Of a stretch of DNA of 7,001 nucleotides, positions 6,948 through 7,001 are shown piece after piece (position 1 is the first letter of the stretch; each line of letters opens with the position of its first letter). The translations under genes and the position numbers were made by a program. The notes beneath the pieces are model-generated. The model had not been told where the DNA came from and did no database searches. It worked only from the letters and a program-made list of their open reading frames with translations. The DNA is from Octopus sinensis (taxonomy: Eukaryota), in the NCBI RefSeq assembly GCF_006345805.1, contig NW_021829025.1, forward strand, positions 1 through 7,001. The letters are read 5' to 3'.

Positions 6948-7001
6948 TTCTTCTTCTTCTTCTTCTTCTTCTTCTTCTTCTTCTTCTTCTTCTTCTTCTT
7001 C
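6948..7001. repeat. (TTC)18+ microsatellite running off the window end
   Basis: 54 nt of perfect TTC, preceded by about 290 bp of pyrimidine-rich sequence. Confidence 0.97.

Overview
AT-rich, microsatellite-dense eukaryotic DNA, most likely intronic or intergenic. The interspersed repeats look like coleoid cephalopod (Octopus-type) families; this is recognised from memory, not from a search. No recognisable gene is present, and nearly all ORF-track entries are translations of simple repeats or TE fragments. The window holds tRNA-derived SINE copies (409-735 and 1353-1545 on the minus strand, plus a second family split into 5730-5870 and 6276-6442), a LINE-like 3' fragment (908-1155), two fold-back/MITE-like elements (2031-2250, 3315-3471), a Helitron-like insert (about 6031-6274), a 32-bp pyrimidine minisatellite with a trimeric higher-order repeat (5096-5730), and many AAT, TA, GAT and TTC tracts. 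The most notable signals are a topologically complete but core-mutated minimal hammerhead ribozyme of the Penelope type (minus, 2463-2495), a 220-bp near-perfect hairpin, repeated signs of fold-back/template-switch mutagenesis, and one weak candidate exon (minus, 2920-3191). I cannot support a claim of a new multi-gene system here.
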